Assembly (NCBI GenBank): GCA_973895155.1
Contig: OZ316896.1
Coordinates: 14,356,684-14,420,683 of the forward strand
Direction: 5' to 3'
DNA length: 64,000 bases
Source: Marsupella aquatica
Taxonomy: Eukaryota > Plantae > Marchantiophyta
The notes beneath the pieces were generated by a model, which did no database searches, was not told the DNA's origin, and was given only the letters and a program-made list of their open reading frames with translations. Positions within the stretch are counted from its first letter, which is position 1. Each line of letters begins with the position of its first letter. Positions 1 to 13,995 of the stretch are shown here, one piece after another. The position numbers and the translations under genes were made by a program.

Positions 1-70
1 TCACAATGAGCTTCATTAAGGCAGACATGATCCGTTCTATTGATACTACAAGAGAGTTTGATGGACATAC

Positions 71-1992
71 CTGTCCTCCTGTTGTGGATTTAATTGTGAA
101 AGTGTCAGTGGATAGAGTGCCGTAAGTGAAAGAGCTGTCGCCATAGCTGTACATGTAATCGCAGCTGTCATCGAAGATGTTGCAGAATGATGTGGAGAGG
201 CTCTCGCACACGTCCTCCACGCAATCGAGCTCGCGGTAGGTTGACGAGCCGCTAGGATCATAGATGGGATCCGACTGCTCGTAACAGAGCGAGCAATGCC
301 TACATTGAATCCATGCCAAATCACTACCCGTGTCGACAATCCCTGGAGAAAATATTCATTGTGCACACAAGCCACGTCGTCAGGTACGGCGGGGTTTTTT
401 TATGGCTGAAGATAGAACTTCTTTTGGCTCCCGACCCAACACCCAAGAAGAGTAAGCCTAGTTGGTTCGAATCTGAACGCTTTGTGCCGTGTCCTGGCCA
501 GTAGCTTGCAAGGATTAAGAATTGAAGTAATACAGGGACCATCAATGAATGCAGATTCAAGAACAGTTGGCACCATAACTAATAAGGCAAGAGAGATTTG
601 AAACAGAGTTATGCAGGCCTGAGAATGACAACAGTCCGGATGCAAAAGTAGGTTCGAATCAAATTTTAAACGGAACCCTTTCATTGATAAAACAGAGGTA
701 ACGGTGCATACTTCTCCTTCTTCTTTGGCCATTCAAGGGACATATCACGGTTTGGAGGATAGATGCACAGAGATATGGAAATTTTCCATGTCGAAGTTCT
801 GCCTCGTGGTCAGGATTGTTCTGAAGAATAAAACTTATCACTACAATTTCATTCACTTGGATTGGCTATGGCAAGCAATTGCATCAGAGGCAATTTAGTC
901 GTACAGCATGTGCATCCCAGTTCCACACTTTGGTGAGTCTCTGGTCGAAGCTTACTGCAATCTTCCTTAAAACGAAGACTATATTGCTTATTGCAAGTGA
1001 ACGGAGTCGGATGGCGTTTCCATCAATTTGTAAATTGGCATCAAGGAATGTGGTAAGTGGTACTAAGTCACAATCTGCATAAAGTTATCGTCAATCTATT
1101 CGTGTGTACAGCGAACAGAGATGATTGAGGGTTGAAGAAATCTGAGACTCAATTTCTCGTTGGCCATAGCAATTCGTTGTGCTTAGAATGAAGTACAAAG
1201 TAGAGCTGTTGCAGCAGTCACACCGACAAATCCACGTACCTTTGAGCATCCGGGGTGGGCTGCCGACTTCTAAGGTCATGAGGTACTCGCCCGGTTGGGA
1301 CCAGACCTCGCTTTCGTAGCTATCTTCCCACTCCGGGGTACCCAACAGCTCTCGCAGGAACTCGCCATCCGCTTCCGAACCGGCATCCGACTCATCCACT
1401 AGTGAGATGTCTTTCGTCGGGAGCCCGTACGCGATTGTCTCGTGGTCTCGAGACTTCCTGTTGAGCAGAAAGCCCACCCGACTTGAACTTTTCTCCAACG
1501 CGCACTTGAGGTGCTCCACTCGTTCGCCTTCCCTCGAAAGACTCAGTCCTCCGGAAGAATTGAAACCTGGGAATCACCGAAAATGAACAGAATTGGTAAA
1601 TTTGAAGACCGTTTGTAAACGAATGAGGGCATGAAACCTGGAGTGATTTTGTCACCAGTCCTAAATTACGACATACCCTTGGATAGCCCCGAGCAGTTAT
1701 ACGGTCTGTGGATGAGGGCCCCGGTGATGCCGTTGCCACCGCTGAAGCTGCTCGATTTGGTGGTGGTCACGGAGGGCGAGAAGCCATGAGGCAAATCCAG
1801 GAGATGTCTGTGACCGTCTTCCGCAAATTCAACGGCACTGCTGCGGATCGTGCTCCCGACAGAGTTCTCGGACCGGAGTGAGTGTCGGTGGAAAGTGGCC
1901 CACGCAGTGAGACTGCCGAGCACCTGCAATGTGATCACAAGAGAGACGCACCACGGCCGGGAGCAGCTTGCTCCTCCTCGCTCCTGCATCAT
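71..1992 (-). CDS. Secreted A1-family aspartic protease (nepenthesin/CDR1-like), 5' part; exons 1992-1677, 1566-1240, 342-71, continuing beyond the window start
   Basis: Manual splicing at GT-AG sites with matching phases gives a signal-peptide-like stretch (WCVSLVITLQVLGSLTAWA), an LIHR propeptide motif, GEYLMTLEVGSPPRMLK|GIVDTGSDLAWIQCRHCSLCYEQSDPIYDPSGSSTY and CDYMYSYGDSSFTYGTLSTDTF. This includes the first catalytic DTGS and the flap YGD motif. Confidence 0.93.
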
Positions 1993-4729
1993 TTCTCGCT
2001 ATTGAAAAAAGTAGCAGTAGCTCTGATTACGATGTCAACCTCAGTCTCGCTCGATCGGCTTGTCCGTCATGCGTGTATTTTTCTCACGCTTGTTCCGAAT
2101 TTGTTACCTGAGTGACTGATTTCCTGTTGGAATGCCGCATCACGCCAATTAGAACGCTTCGTGAGTTCTTTCGCGCTGAGTCCTAGACCCCTCCTAAACC
2201 CTCGCTGATCAAATTAACGATTGCAGGATTCATGACCCCTCCGTTTATACATTCCTGGATTGCGAGTTTTCTGCTGAGAGAGCTAGTCCGAAAGATTCTT
2301 GAGAGGCAAGCGACATTCAGACTTAACTGACCGTTCACATGGAATGAGAGAGCAAATCGTTCACGCCGACGTTGAGAATTAAGACTATGATGTGAGCGTT
2401 GGTTTGATTAAGAGAAAGAAGCAGTCTGCAGTGTCGGATGAAATGTGAAGATCGGGGAACTAGAGCTGATATGATCAAAAGCGCAAAACAATCAGTGCAA
2501 GGCAGTGGTCATAATGCATGTCCCAGGCTAGGCATGCATAGATCGATAGTCCACGAGGGTTAACGTTAGAATGAATGAAGCAGCATCATGACTGTTGGTC
2601 CGGCAAGCTAGCTAGCGATCAAGAACAGCTGCGTTACTAGTTACGTACACGAACCGAAACTTACCAGTCTTGATGATCATTGTCTTGAATGTCGGTGAAT
2701 TAACGGAGCTCTGTCTTCGTTGACATTAATCATGAAGGTGATCGAGTCCCCGATTGAAGATTATGCCAAATCAATCGATAGGAATCAATTCGTCTTCTCC
2801 AAACGAGTTCGTTCAGATTTTCCTCCTCGCCGTCCGCAACCTACTGGCCGCCAAACTAAGCTAGAAGCTGACCTCTATGATCGATGTGAAGGTAAATTCG
2901 AGATGTGCTGCGTCACAATTATATATTTCATGATCGATCAAAACCCGGCGACCAGTGAGCTGGCTCTGACGGTAGAGTAGATGTGAATGTTTTCCAATTC
3001 AAGGATTGCGCACAGCACCCAACTTGCTGGGAACAAAGTACTACGTACGAAGTACGTGTTAATCGAAAGCATGGAAACCGGTTGAGCTTCGATTCGTATC
3101 ATTCCATACCATTGTCGTGTGAGAAGGTCAGTCTTCCTCACACCGACGATGATATGTATATCTGTCTTCGAATTCTCACCCACTGCCACCGAACGGCCAC
3201 TACGTCGAGACTACACTGTGAACTGAACTGCTTCGATTCAGATCGGTTCGAAAGTATACATTCAAGCCAATGCAACGCTGATGGAAGCGAGCACATTCCC
3301 AGCTCAGGAACAGCTCAATTGTTGTAACTAAAAATGAACAAATAACTCGAAACACCTCCCGGCACAATCTTCTCCTCCGTCGCCAGTTTTCTTTCCTGTA
3401 CTCAATTCAACCAAACCCAGGATCTCTCTAAAGAGCTCTCAAACGAATCCGTCCAGGTTTTCCTCACCTATCGGAGTCCATGATAATTTACGAGCTGCAT
3501 CCAATAATTCAGATCCAAGCGAGCCGGACCTGTGCATGATCGTCATCTTACTTGCCTATCAAAGGAAAGATGCAGCTGGAGTATTATTATCGTCTCCATG
3601 GATTGGGCCCTCGATTCACATGATAGCTCAAGTAAGTTCAGACCTTCCACACTGATCACTTGTGGGTTGGGTTGGTAGGCGGACCTGACTACTGCCTGTC
3701 ACCAACAACTTCAGACAGTTGCGGTAGGTGCTGCTTTGGGCGATGCAATGCATATGTAATTTTCCATGCAAGCGAGGAAGAAGAAATGTCCGAGAAACGT
3801 AAGACTCAATTCTGTCATACGATCAAGCTGCGTGCGATCAAGTGGTGACAGTGCAAAGCATTATTGGCTGCACTGATCATTCACGTAAACTAGAGCCAGA
3901 GTCATTTTTGAGGTTTTTCTTTTTGGTGACAGAGGCTCACCTTTTTTTGAGAATCTAAACCAGAGCATCTTTGGTTTTACAACCCCCAAAAAACCTACAC
4001 CCCCCCCCCCCCCCAAAAAAAAAAAAGAAAAACTGGTCGCGGCGGTTGGCTTTGACTACCTTGGGGAGGAAGTAGTAGGGATGTCAAGATATCTTTCTTG
4101 AAAATGGCCTTTGTTCAGTGTCATGTTGTCTAAATGAGTCAGCTGAAAACTGGTGTTCCTAAGTGATGGCATGTCTTGATGTCTTTCAAGTTCAAGGTGT
4201 CAAGTAGTCAAGGTTTGGTAACATAATTGAAAAACTGGCTGCAAAGGTCAAGGAGATCACTTGTAGGTCACATTTCAATCATCCAAAATGTAAACAATGT
4301 TATCTGAGTTAATTTAAATGTTCTGAGCAAGTTCATCCAAGCTTTGCCAGTAAATTGGGCTTCATAGACAAAGTGGAGGATGGACTGAGACTTTGTCCAT
4401 CCAAGCTTCACTTTCCCTTTTGTGAAAGAGAAGGTGCTGGAACATTCATTATCATACATCATAAAACTAGTTATAAGTAGATTGTCCTTGAAATAAGATC
4501 TGTTATAAGTTGATTGTATGTTGAACTGATGTAGAATGGATTATAATATTTATCTACATGGGTTTGATATAATAGTTTCTTTGGCATTTACATGGCCTTC
4601 TGCATCATGGAACATTCATGAATACCACATCCAATTGATATCACTAGTATGAACTTAATATATTAGAGTCTGTTATAGACAATAAATAACATTGGTGTTA
4701 TAAACGTTTCCACAATATGATACGTTTTC

Positions 4730-4910
4730 TCTTAGTTTATATGTTTCATTAATGACTCATATATGTTAAATACTCATCTAGTTTATATACTCCGTTGATG
4801 ACTTATACATGTTAAATACTCATTTAGTTTGTATCTTCTATTGATGACTTGTAGATGTTAAGTACCCAATTATCTAGTTTACATGACCCATTGATGACTC
4901 ATATATGTCT
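4730..4910. repeat. Degenerate AT-rich tandem repeat, about 45-50 bp unit, about 4 copies
   Basis: Recurring tagttta..t..attgatgact.ata.atgttaaatactcat units. Confidence 0.6.
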
Positions 4911-7593
4911 AATACAATCAATTGGCATTTGTTTAGGAATCTGTTGCCACGCATTCAAGACCGGGTTCAAGACCCGTTGAATATGGCTGAAAAACAATAA
5001 TAAGAACACCTCAATAGCAAGAAAGATTTAATTTGCTTGATGTACATTCCACCACAAGTATTTATAGTATGAATATAGTCTATTCAGACACGTAAAATGT
5101 GTCGTTCTGTGTAAAGTTTGGGACAACATAAACTATTATAGCAATATTGGTCATATCAATAACCATATAAGGGAATATATTGTCTGTTTTTGTCTATTGG
5201 TGGGCACGCAGACTCCACACAGAATATCATAAACCCATTTCAGCTTCTCGCATCGTAAGGTTTTCCAATCGACATCCCTTGGTAACCTCTGCATCAATCT
5301 TACAAATGCTAGGTGAAGCTCTATTCTCTTTTTGCTATCACAATCACAATATCACCAAAGGAAAGTACTGTGAGTTGTTCAGTTGACATTACAGGTTTGT
5401 CCCCTCCTGCCTCCATCTGTACAGGTCACACAAACCCATACCAAGGTCTGGCATGAAAACACCTACACGCTCGTGTGTACATAGGTCAGTCTGAAAACCT
5501 GTTGCCTTCTCCAGCTGGAACTACTAGCCCTTTTCACATTTGAATGTTATATGGAAAAGTGAAATTTTGTCATTTCAAGTGATCATCCAATGCCAACTTA
5601 AAATGTTGCTGTATTTTTGCACTAGTTGAAACCCAAAGAGAGTTCTTAAATCAGTAAGTAATGAATCTGAACCACGATTGAACAAATTCATTCTAAAATT
5701 TAGATCCCTCCCTGCTCATATTACTAGCCTTGTCATGACAACCTATATATAGGAATCAAAACTTACAACATAATATTATGCACAATAAATTTGCAAGTTA
5801 TATAAATTTGCTTACTAGATGTACTTAATTTTTGATCAAAGATAAAACAGACAATTGAAGCCTCAATGTCGATATACCTTGTTCAAGAAAGTCACATCTT
5901 CTTGGCGCACAAAAAAATTTGCGTGCATTTCAAGATCTTCATTTGCTGATTATGTCTCATGACCTTTCTCATAAATCTCTTCATGTTGTTGTGCCTGTAC
6001 AGGACATATATTATCATATTGTTGGAGTACAATATGGGCCTGTATATTATCATATAACTAGAGTACAATAGGATCTGATACAACAGACTTGCGTGTCAAT
6101 TTCACCATTTTATTTAGAGGAATTCTGAGAATGCAAATTTGAAATGCTATCAAATAGTATTTATTGAAGTTGCCATCATTTTCTCTAGCTCATAGTCTCT
6201 TATTTTCTTGATAGTCTTCAAATTTGGCTTGCTTGTGCAGTCATTCCAGGCTCTAATTCATCCTAGCTTTCTTGTTGTCTCATGCAGAGATTCCAAATTC
6301 TCATACACAATGCCTTGTGTTGAGTCTCATCTGTTGGATACAAGATTTCTTTCTCCAAGTGCAAGTGATTTACAATTGAGTCTGAGATGCTCTTGACAAT
6401 TCTTGGACTGTATTGGGGAGGTAGTTCTTTGTTCTTTCTCAAAGCACTTTCAATTGCCTTGAGCAAAAACTAAATGGTGTCTTGTGCTCTTTTGACCTCC
6501 CCCCTCAAATATTGGAGTTGGATTCTCTCACTAGCACTGAAGGTACATTTTTGAGAGGTAATCTTTGCGTGACTTGGCTCATTCAATTGGCACGTGACTT
6601 CCTCCTGGAAAAGCATTAATATCACTCGAAAGTTCTGCCCGGGGTCCTCAGTTCTTTTCTTGTGACTCATCAGTTGCAAATAAGTTAAGGATTTATTAAT
6701 TCAATTGGGCACAAGACCTTAAAATTTTTGTTGATGAAAAATAGGGGTGCTTTAATCTGGGTTTTAATCCTATTTTCAGTATTATAGAAACCACTATAGG
6801 GATTCTTAATACCAAATTTAAGAATATTCCTATAATATTCTACAAAGTTAAGCGGTTAAAAACAGGGAAATTTTACTTTGTTTTCTTAAGTTTTAGGGTG
6901 TTTATTACTTGAAAAGTTTGCAAGTGGCCCCCAAAGGTCCATGTGCACAAGAACATATATGCAGAGGTGAGGTTGGGGAAGTACTTGATGGAGCAAGATC
7001 ATTCGATAGGTTCAATGGACCCTTGATGACCTAAACAACTTGACCACTTATTATGGTGGCAGCAATTTGAGCTCCTTTTCAAAACTCCATCCAAGCTCCA
7101 CCCCATTGCTCAGGTACACAACTCTTGTATGATAGGCAGGGGTACGTCTACATTTTTATATGGACTAAAATGTTGGCTATATGAAAAATTAAAATAAATA
7201 GGAAAAATTTGGGTTTTCCACTTAAAAAAATTTTGAAGTTAAAAATTAGGTTTGGTTTTTTTGTTTTTCTAGAAATAAATTTAAAAATATTCCTAAGTTT
7301 GTTGTAATTTTTATTAAAAGATATTTACAATTATAATAAAAAAACTGGCTAGCTTGGCTCTAGACCTCCGTATTTATAAAAAACCATATAATTTGGTTTT
7401 GATCAATTTTTTCCATATCAAAACAAGTTCAATCAATTTTTTTAAAGTTACATCTTTGAATTCCTTGAGTTGAGAGGTACAAGATTGTAGTAGACTAAAA
7501 TGAAACTTCACATGGCCAATTCAGTAAAGTCATTATAAATAGTTATAAACTTGCCTAATAAGAAAGGGGAGTTGCATAGCCAGGCCCAATTGC

Positions 7594-7788
7594 AGGGATA
7601 TTAGCTCTAGATGTAGTGATTTTAGCAGACAGTTTTGACTGTATTCAAGCTTAGTCTAGGGATATTAGCTCTAGATGCAGTGATTTTAGCAGACAGTTTT
7701 GACTGTATTCAAGCTCAGTCTAGGGATATTAGCTCTAGATGCAGTGATTTTAGCAGACAGTTTTGACTCTATTCAAGCTCAGTCTAGG
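7594..7788. repeat. Tandem repeat, 64 bp x3
   Basis: gggatattagctctagatg...ttcaagctcagtcta starts at 7595, 7659 and 7723, nearly identical each time. Confidence 0.95.
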
Positions 7789-7914
7789 ATTGCAACTACC
7801 TGCCCTCAATAAAACTTGATCCGTGCAAAAGAAGCAGCCACAATAGCGCTATGGTGGAGCTTCAAGGGAGCTCAAATTGACTTTAAATCTTTGCAAATGT
7901 GAGCATCCCCCGAG

Positions 7915-8080
7915 GTCCTCACTTATTTCCTTTATACCCATCACACAAAAGTAAATATAGGGTTTGTTTATTGGGTTTAGAAGAATAGTTTTAAATTTCT
8001 GTAGAAGAACATTAGGGTTTTTTAAATCCAATTTTGAAAATTCTAAGAGATGATAGGGTTTTAGAAATGAATTTTGGGAA
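7915..8080. repeat. AT-rich dispersed (MITE-like) repeat; inverted copy at about 35615-35780, partial copy at about 37915-37960
   Basis: cacttatttcc..tataccca tcacacaaaa...gtagaagaacattagggtttt...tagaaatgaattttg matches the reverse complement of 35615-35780. Confidence 0.7.
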
Positions 8081-9561
8081 TCCGCAGCTCAAATCAGATG
8101 CACATAAACCAAATGATCAGGCATCCTCTGGGCCATGCCTCTGTTCAATCCATAGGTCAAGATGTTGACATTTTTGCTCAAAAAGGTTGAGCATACAAAC
8201 GCTTTTTGCTCAATAAAATTTGGCTGTTTTGTGCATGTACTGAACAGAAAGGAAACGTCAGGCCTGCAAGGTTGAAACGGGGAGGGAGGAAATGCGTAAC
8301 AAGGGCAGGGCCGGCCATGGGAAGCAATGGTGGGTTGGACTAACCATTGGGTAGACTCTCAACCAATCAAATGCTTCAGTGGGCAGGAAGACAGGGTAGG
8401 GGGGTCAGTATAATAATTGAAATAGATTGGGGGTTACCTTTGTCATGATAACTTTTAGTTTGGGGGTCAGCTTAGTAAAAAGCTGTATATTTTAATTGAT
8501 GCAAGTCTTATGACTCATATGTGTCAATGGGATAATTATGCAATCAGATGCCCGATCAGATGTCTATCACAATATATATATATAATTAACATTAACTTAA
8601 CAAGCAGTTTGATAAGAAAATGATACACCTCAGTACAGTCAGGTATCCCTAGTTAAATTTAAGGGTACTAATGGTCTGGTTCTGGATAATGAGGCCTGTG
8701 GCTAGGTGGAAAACTGATTAATGGAAGTAAAAAAACCTACCAAAATTTTGCTAAAAGTGGCAGAGACTTATGGTGGTGGAATGTAGAAAAAACGAAGGTG
8801 GTGGAATCTAGCAAATCTTTGCCACTGAACAAATGCTTGGTAGGAGCAACTCCACCGGCCTACAGCACCACTTACCAGTTGATATTTGGGTGAGTGATGA
8901 GTTTGCTGGTGGGCTGAGTCCAAAAAGTCATGGAGCATCTGGCGGATACCCCCATCAGTGGACGCTAATAGACTGGGTTCTTGCAGTTCAACACAACATC
9001 TGCCATTTGTTGCCATAGCCATCCAGGTGAGCAGCAATGGCGTCATCCACTTGGTTTGGCAAGTCTCTGGAAGGAGCACTTGCAACTTGCACAAGGCACC
9101 GTCTGAGTCAGCGATTTTCCTGGGTTTTAGGGTGCTTAGAGCTAGTTTTTCTTACATTTAGAATGTTTGGTTGCTGGACTTTGGCCAGGGCATCACAGGT
9201 ACGTGTACCCAAGACATTCATACATTATTAGACAGAGCAGCAGGCCAGATAATCGCACTGAAGGTACTCATTAAAATTTTAGATAATGTTAGAGTATAAG
9301 CAAATTCTAGACATTGACAAAGCTTTGGCTTATCTAGGATATAGCTGGTCCATCCTGGTATGCAATTTGTTATTGTCTCATAGCAATTAGTGCAAGGACG
9401 TCTAGGTCATGTAAGCTCGATTGTGTTTAACAAGTTGGGGCCATCCTTCTTTTAGGCATCATATCCAATTTGCCAAATCTTTTGGCGGCAGTGAGACATT
9501 AAGATTGTTTGTTGGCAATTGCCACAAAGAAATTGCAGTAGCTCTTGCTGGTGCTGGAAAT
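8080..9561. repeat. About 1.5 kb dispersed repeat, copy A (probable decayed transposon); copy B at 38140-39721
   Basis: Colinear and highly similar from atccgca.ctcaaa..gatgcacataaacc to gtagctctt..t.gtgctggaaat. Both copies give the broken minus-strand peptide MLHDFLDSAHQ.THHSPKYQLVSGAVGRWSCSYQAFVQWQ. Confidence 0.9.
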
Positions 9562-10679
9562 ATTCTCTTGTTACTCCTCTGTTCATAGTAGCCAAACTAT
9601 TTTATGCCTTAACTTTGTATATGTTATAGTGATGAGAATGGCAGTTGAAGAGTTTCTTATGTTCTCTAGTTACTGATTTGTTTATAGTAGCATAATGGTT
9701 TCTTATGTTACCTTGGTAAATGTTACCTGAAGAGTTTCTTTCTACCCTTTCTTATTTCAAAAATTTGCCAATTAAATAGATAATTGAAGAAATTTACAGG
9801 AAAACACTGATATATCAATCACAACCCATCCACAGGTTATTTTCTTTCACCCCTTATTTACCCCTTTCTTTGTCCAACAAGACAAAGTTTGGGGGGGGGG
9901 GGGGTTGGGGGGTTGGTCAAACAAAAAGGTCCAAGTCCCATACCTTTTGTTTTTCTTGCATTGCATCCTGCAAGTAGATACTTTTAATTACTTGATGTGA
10001 CACTTTTTAGTTTCCATTGTTTTTCACAATGATGGGGTGTTAATGTTTTTCTTTGCCTTGCTTCAACACAAATAGACATGTTTGGTTCTTCTTGCATAAC
10101 TAAACATTCTTGTTTGTGACAAGTTTGTGACCAATAGTGCTAATGTGATGTGGTTGCACATGCTCCAGGGATTTTGGAAGGAGCTTCTAAGGAGGTCCTA
10201 ATTAAAGTAATCTATTACATCTTAATGAGAAATTACAAAGAGAATCATTCTTAAAAGTGATAAAAGAGGACAAAGCTTATGACCATTAATGCAAATCATT
10301 GATCTAAAAGTAATAGTTGTACTCAATGCTAATAATCAACTTATATTAATTTTATGCACAAGTACTTTAAGGAAGCTTCCCATAACTCTTAATTGGAACC
10401 AAAAGATACAAAGTAAAAACTCTGGTGTTGGTAGACTTAAAGTCCATCCGGGCACAGTACACTCTCCCTTGGATTGCTTCTCATTCATGTCTCCAAGGAT
10501 TGCTTTGAAAGCTTGTGTCGTCCAAGTATGGACAGTCCCAGAATGCGGAAGCTTAAGAGGCTCACGTGAGTCGCATTGCTTTCATTTCAAGAACAAATTC
10601 AGTTGAGACGAAGTCGTGATCGACTGTATACAATCCTCAGTACAGCCCAGGATGCCGAAGGGAGCTGTTAATGTGTTGG

Positions 10680-11181
10680 ACTGCTTTGGGGAAGCTTCAA
10701 CTTAAACAAAACATTCACTCAAGTTTTGATCAAACAAGTACACCAGGACGTGGAAGTCTTAGAGATGGTGATGTTTTAGATTGCTTTGAGGAAGCTTGAA
10801 CTTAGAGAAAATGTTCAGTTGGGATCCCAAGTTTTGATCAAGCAAGTACACCAGGACGCGAAAGGCTTAGAGATGGTGATGTTTCAGATTGCTTTGAGGA
10901 AGATTCAACTTTGAGAAAACAATCAGTTTAGATCGTAAGTTTTGATCAAGCAAGTACACCAGGACGCGAAAGGCTTAGAGATGGTGATGTTTCAGATTGC
11001 TTTGAGGAAGATTCAACTTAGAGAAAACACTCAGTTTAGATCGTAAGTTTTGATCAAGCAAGTACACCCCTTAGGATTGCCCCGGTTGTGGAAGGGTTAG
11101 GGTTGGTGATGCGTTAGATTGCTTAGAGAAGCTTCAACTTAGAGAAACATTCAGTTGAGATCAAGTTTTGATCAAGCAAGT
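10680..11181. repeat. Tandem minisatellite, about 108 bp x about 5
   Basis: aagttttgatcaa recurs at about 10721, 10829, 10937, 11046 and 11163, and the sequence between anchors is also conserved. Confidence 0.92.
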
Positions 11182-11397
11182 AATCCGCTCAGAATTTGGT
11201 TGTATCTTTGCTTCGTTTGCAAGGACCTGAACAACTGCAAGAGTTCTGACGTCATCGAGCTTGACACGTTTCCAAGCGAGAGCTACCATAAACATTGTTG
11301 AGAAGATGCCGTACAAACATTACGCTCATTCATTGCAAAAATGGTGATCATTTGAGAGAAATGATTAGAGGTCCTTCAAGATTGACGAATGTCGGAC

Positions 11398-13995
11398 TCA
11401 AATGACATAAGCATCACTTTGTTGCAGTACTTCGTCCTCCAAGGCTTCGGCCTTTGGACTGGGTAAATCCAGCAGGTTCCGCATCTGCAAAACTTTTCCG
11501 TAGTCTAGAGGATATCCATCTGTCCACATCTTTATAACTCCTTGGTAGACCTGCAATATCTGCAAACTTTCCCAAAGCTAGTCAGGGATCTGATTAGCAA
11601 GGTGTACCTGCAATGCGATTGCCCTGTTTATGGTTTATGTCAGAGGGAATACAAGGTTAGCAGCACCTATATGTTTATGCCAGAGGCACTATACTGAAGG
11701 ATTTACGTTCTCAAGATTTTACATCCAAGTCAGGGGATGCATAGAATTACATCATAGCAACTTGTCACGTGAATTTGGACATCAATCAGACAGCATATCT
11801 CTCCTACAAAGCGTGATGTAGCCAAGATAGAAAGTGACTTACCTCTTCCTCTTCATAGAAGTCTGATTCTATCGATGTCCTCGCAAGTCTGTTTTCCTCC
11901 AAGGCAAGCTCCATCTCGATTGTGCATCTTTTTGACAAAACAGCGCCCGTTACCATGAATCCTTGAGTTCCAGCGTTTATTGTCCACATCACAAGACAAA
12001 TAGAAATGCTAAACATCGGCATGTTGTTGCAACTGCAGGCGATTGACACCACCTAAAGCTTCTCCCAGCATAACAAGGATCTTACTCCATTCATGATAGT
12101 ACCCTTGGATGACACGAGCAATATTAGTCAAGCTCGCTGAAGTGTTCTTGACTTACTCCATGAAGTTGTTATGGCGAATCGCGGCCACAGCTCGGTTCAC
12201 ACAGGCCGTCTGTGCAACAGAGGCCCTCGCTCTTTCAAATGCTGAATCCACCTGTTGAGGTGGCGAGGGGACAGCAGATTGGTCCCGAGAAAGGAGTTGC
12301 TCCCTGGCATTAGACTCGTTCCTATTTACTTGCCAGATGGCGAATGCAGCCATTGACAAAAGAACACCTGCAGTAAGATACTTTGGCACTTTCGACCTGC
12401 ATTATCAAGTATCAAGTTACGACCTCTAAAGACAGAAAACGAGCGTCTCCATTCTTAAATTTACGACCCTTACAGCAAAGCTTCACGAGGGCATTTAGTG
12501 GCAACCCTAAATAATTCTTGCTTATCCACAGTGCGAGGCTTGCTAGGGGAACTTTCGGAGTTGTGGAACTGGAACGCTGGAGAATTGGTGAGTATAATTT
12601 TCTAAGGAAGAGTTCGACTCTGTACTTGGTTCGTTAAGCCTTTTTTTGGCTAACATCAATACATACTAACTCTCTCTACATTAAAGTCCTTGCACTTCCT
12701 GTTGGAGTCTTCTGCTTGACTTCATCCTGGTACCATTCGACTCTCAGTTGCGTCCATTCAGGGTAGATGCGCTACGGCTGGAATCGATAGCAGGCGCTAG
12801 ACAATTATCAATCTCTCTATCTCTGAATCGTCTAGTTCATGTGGACTTAATGACTCATCCATTAACAAGGGATTCAGCTTGGACTCTAATCTTAGTTCCC
12901 AACGAAAAGGAGAACATTAAATCTTTAATCACTCCTTGACCAGCTTCATAAGGAACATAGTTGTAAGGCATGCCATGTCTTAGAATATGTTCGCTCAATC
13001 TATTGAAATTCTCATAGGCAGGTTCAATAGTTGCAGGGTACTGTGGCTTCTGCGTAATGCCCAAAAAACTTAGACAACATTGTTTTACCAGGAAGAGACC
13101 TGTAGGGTTGTCCATATTCCCAGCAAAACCAACAGACACTAATCGAGAAAGGACTTATTTCGCCAGCCATTTCGGCAAAATGCTACCCCCAAGTAATCGA
13201 CCTCATGAATTGGAGAGGCGATCGATCCAAGAAGTAGAAAGGGCCTGAAAAACCCTCAACGCGCGCAGCAACGAAGTCGGCAATTAACCAAATTCATGAG
13301 CCAAAACGGAGACGACAAGAACCATCTCCTCACATCAGAGACGTCATAGGACTCCTACTCACTCCCTCACTGGATGATTAATACTGCAAGAGAAACCTTA
13401 AGTTTGAGCTGCCGTGGAGAGCAACCAGGACCGTACCCTACCTTTTGGGTGGTGGGAGCGGAGGAGGCCTATGTGTCCGAGCCGAAATTGCAGCAAAACC
13501 AGCATGACAAGTCCGGGACATGACCCTCGTCGAAATCCAACTCTCTGCTTCTTCTCCTCCTTCAGCACTTCCTTCGGTCTGCACCAACCTTATGCACTGA
13601 TTCCAAATGCTACGCGTTTGGAATATAGAAGGGGAGATTTCCGGTTCCAGACAGTCCTCACAATCCTGCACTTTGGCCCGTAATGCTCGGGCTCTGGATA
13701 TAGTAGACTTCAAGGCACGACCTTCCATCGAAACGGCAACCTCCGAATCAAACTCCAACGCATGCCACTTTCGGTGGAATCGTTCCTCCCACCAGCTGGC
13801 CTTTATTGAAGAAACTTGACCCAACAAGCCCAAACGACCCAACAACATGTCCAGAACATCACAGCGCAAGACCTTGGGATTCGGAGAAATGAAAGAAGAC
13901 GAGCTCGCCGACAAAGCACTGTTAGAACGCTGTCTGTCACAAAATATTCCCAAACTTCTGCACGGCAAGAGGGCAGCGGCAGCTCCCTCCATCAT
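11398..13995 (-). CDS. Uncharacterised protein (about 343 aa) with Ser-rich transit-peptide-like N-terminus and one TM helix; exons 13995-13442, 12396-12157, 11927-11843, 11550-11398
   Basis: Phase-compatible GT-AG junctions give ...PPPKR|SKVPKYLTAGVLLSMAAFAIWQV...NNFME|CTIEMELALEENRLART...EEEE|VYQGVIKMWTDGYPLDYGKVLQMRNLLDLPSPKAEALEDEVLQQSDAYVI*. The acceptor at 11928 (aaaag) is the weakest. Plastid localisation is inferred. Confidence 0.75.

Noticed and set aside
46-732. Listed ORFs 46-375, 324-560 and 400-732
   Set aside because: They are off-frame or intronic relative to the aspartic protease exon 342-71.
4080-6700. Possible decayed TE coding sequence
   Set aside because: No recognisable catalytic motif or terminal repeats.
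10680-11181. Regularly spaced repeat resembling a CRISPR array
   Set aside because: The sequence between anchors is also conserved (no unique spacers), there are no cas genes, and the context is eukaryotic. It is a minisatellite.
11804-12052. Using the whole 82-aa ORF as an exon
   Set aside because: The acceptor at about 12053 is out of phase with the upstream phase-2 donor and hits a stop. Only 11927-11843 fits.
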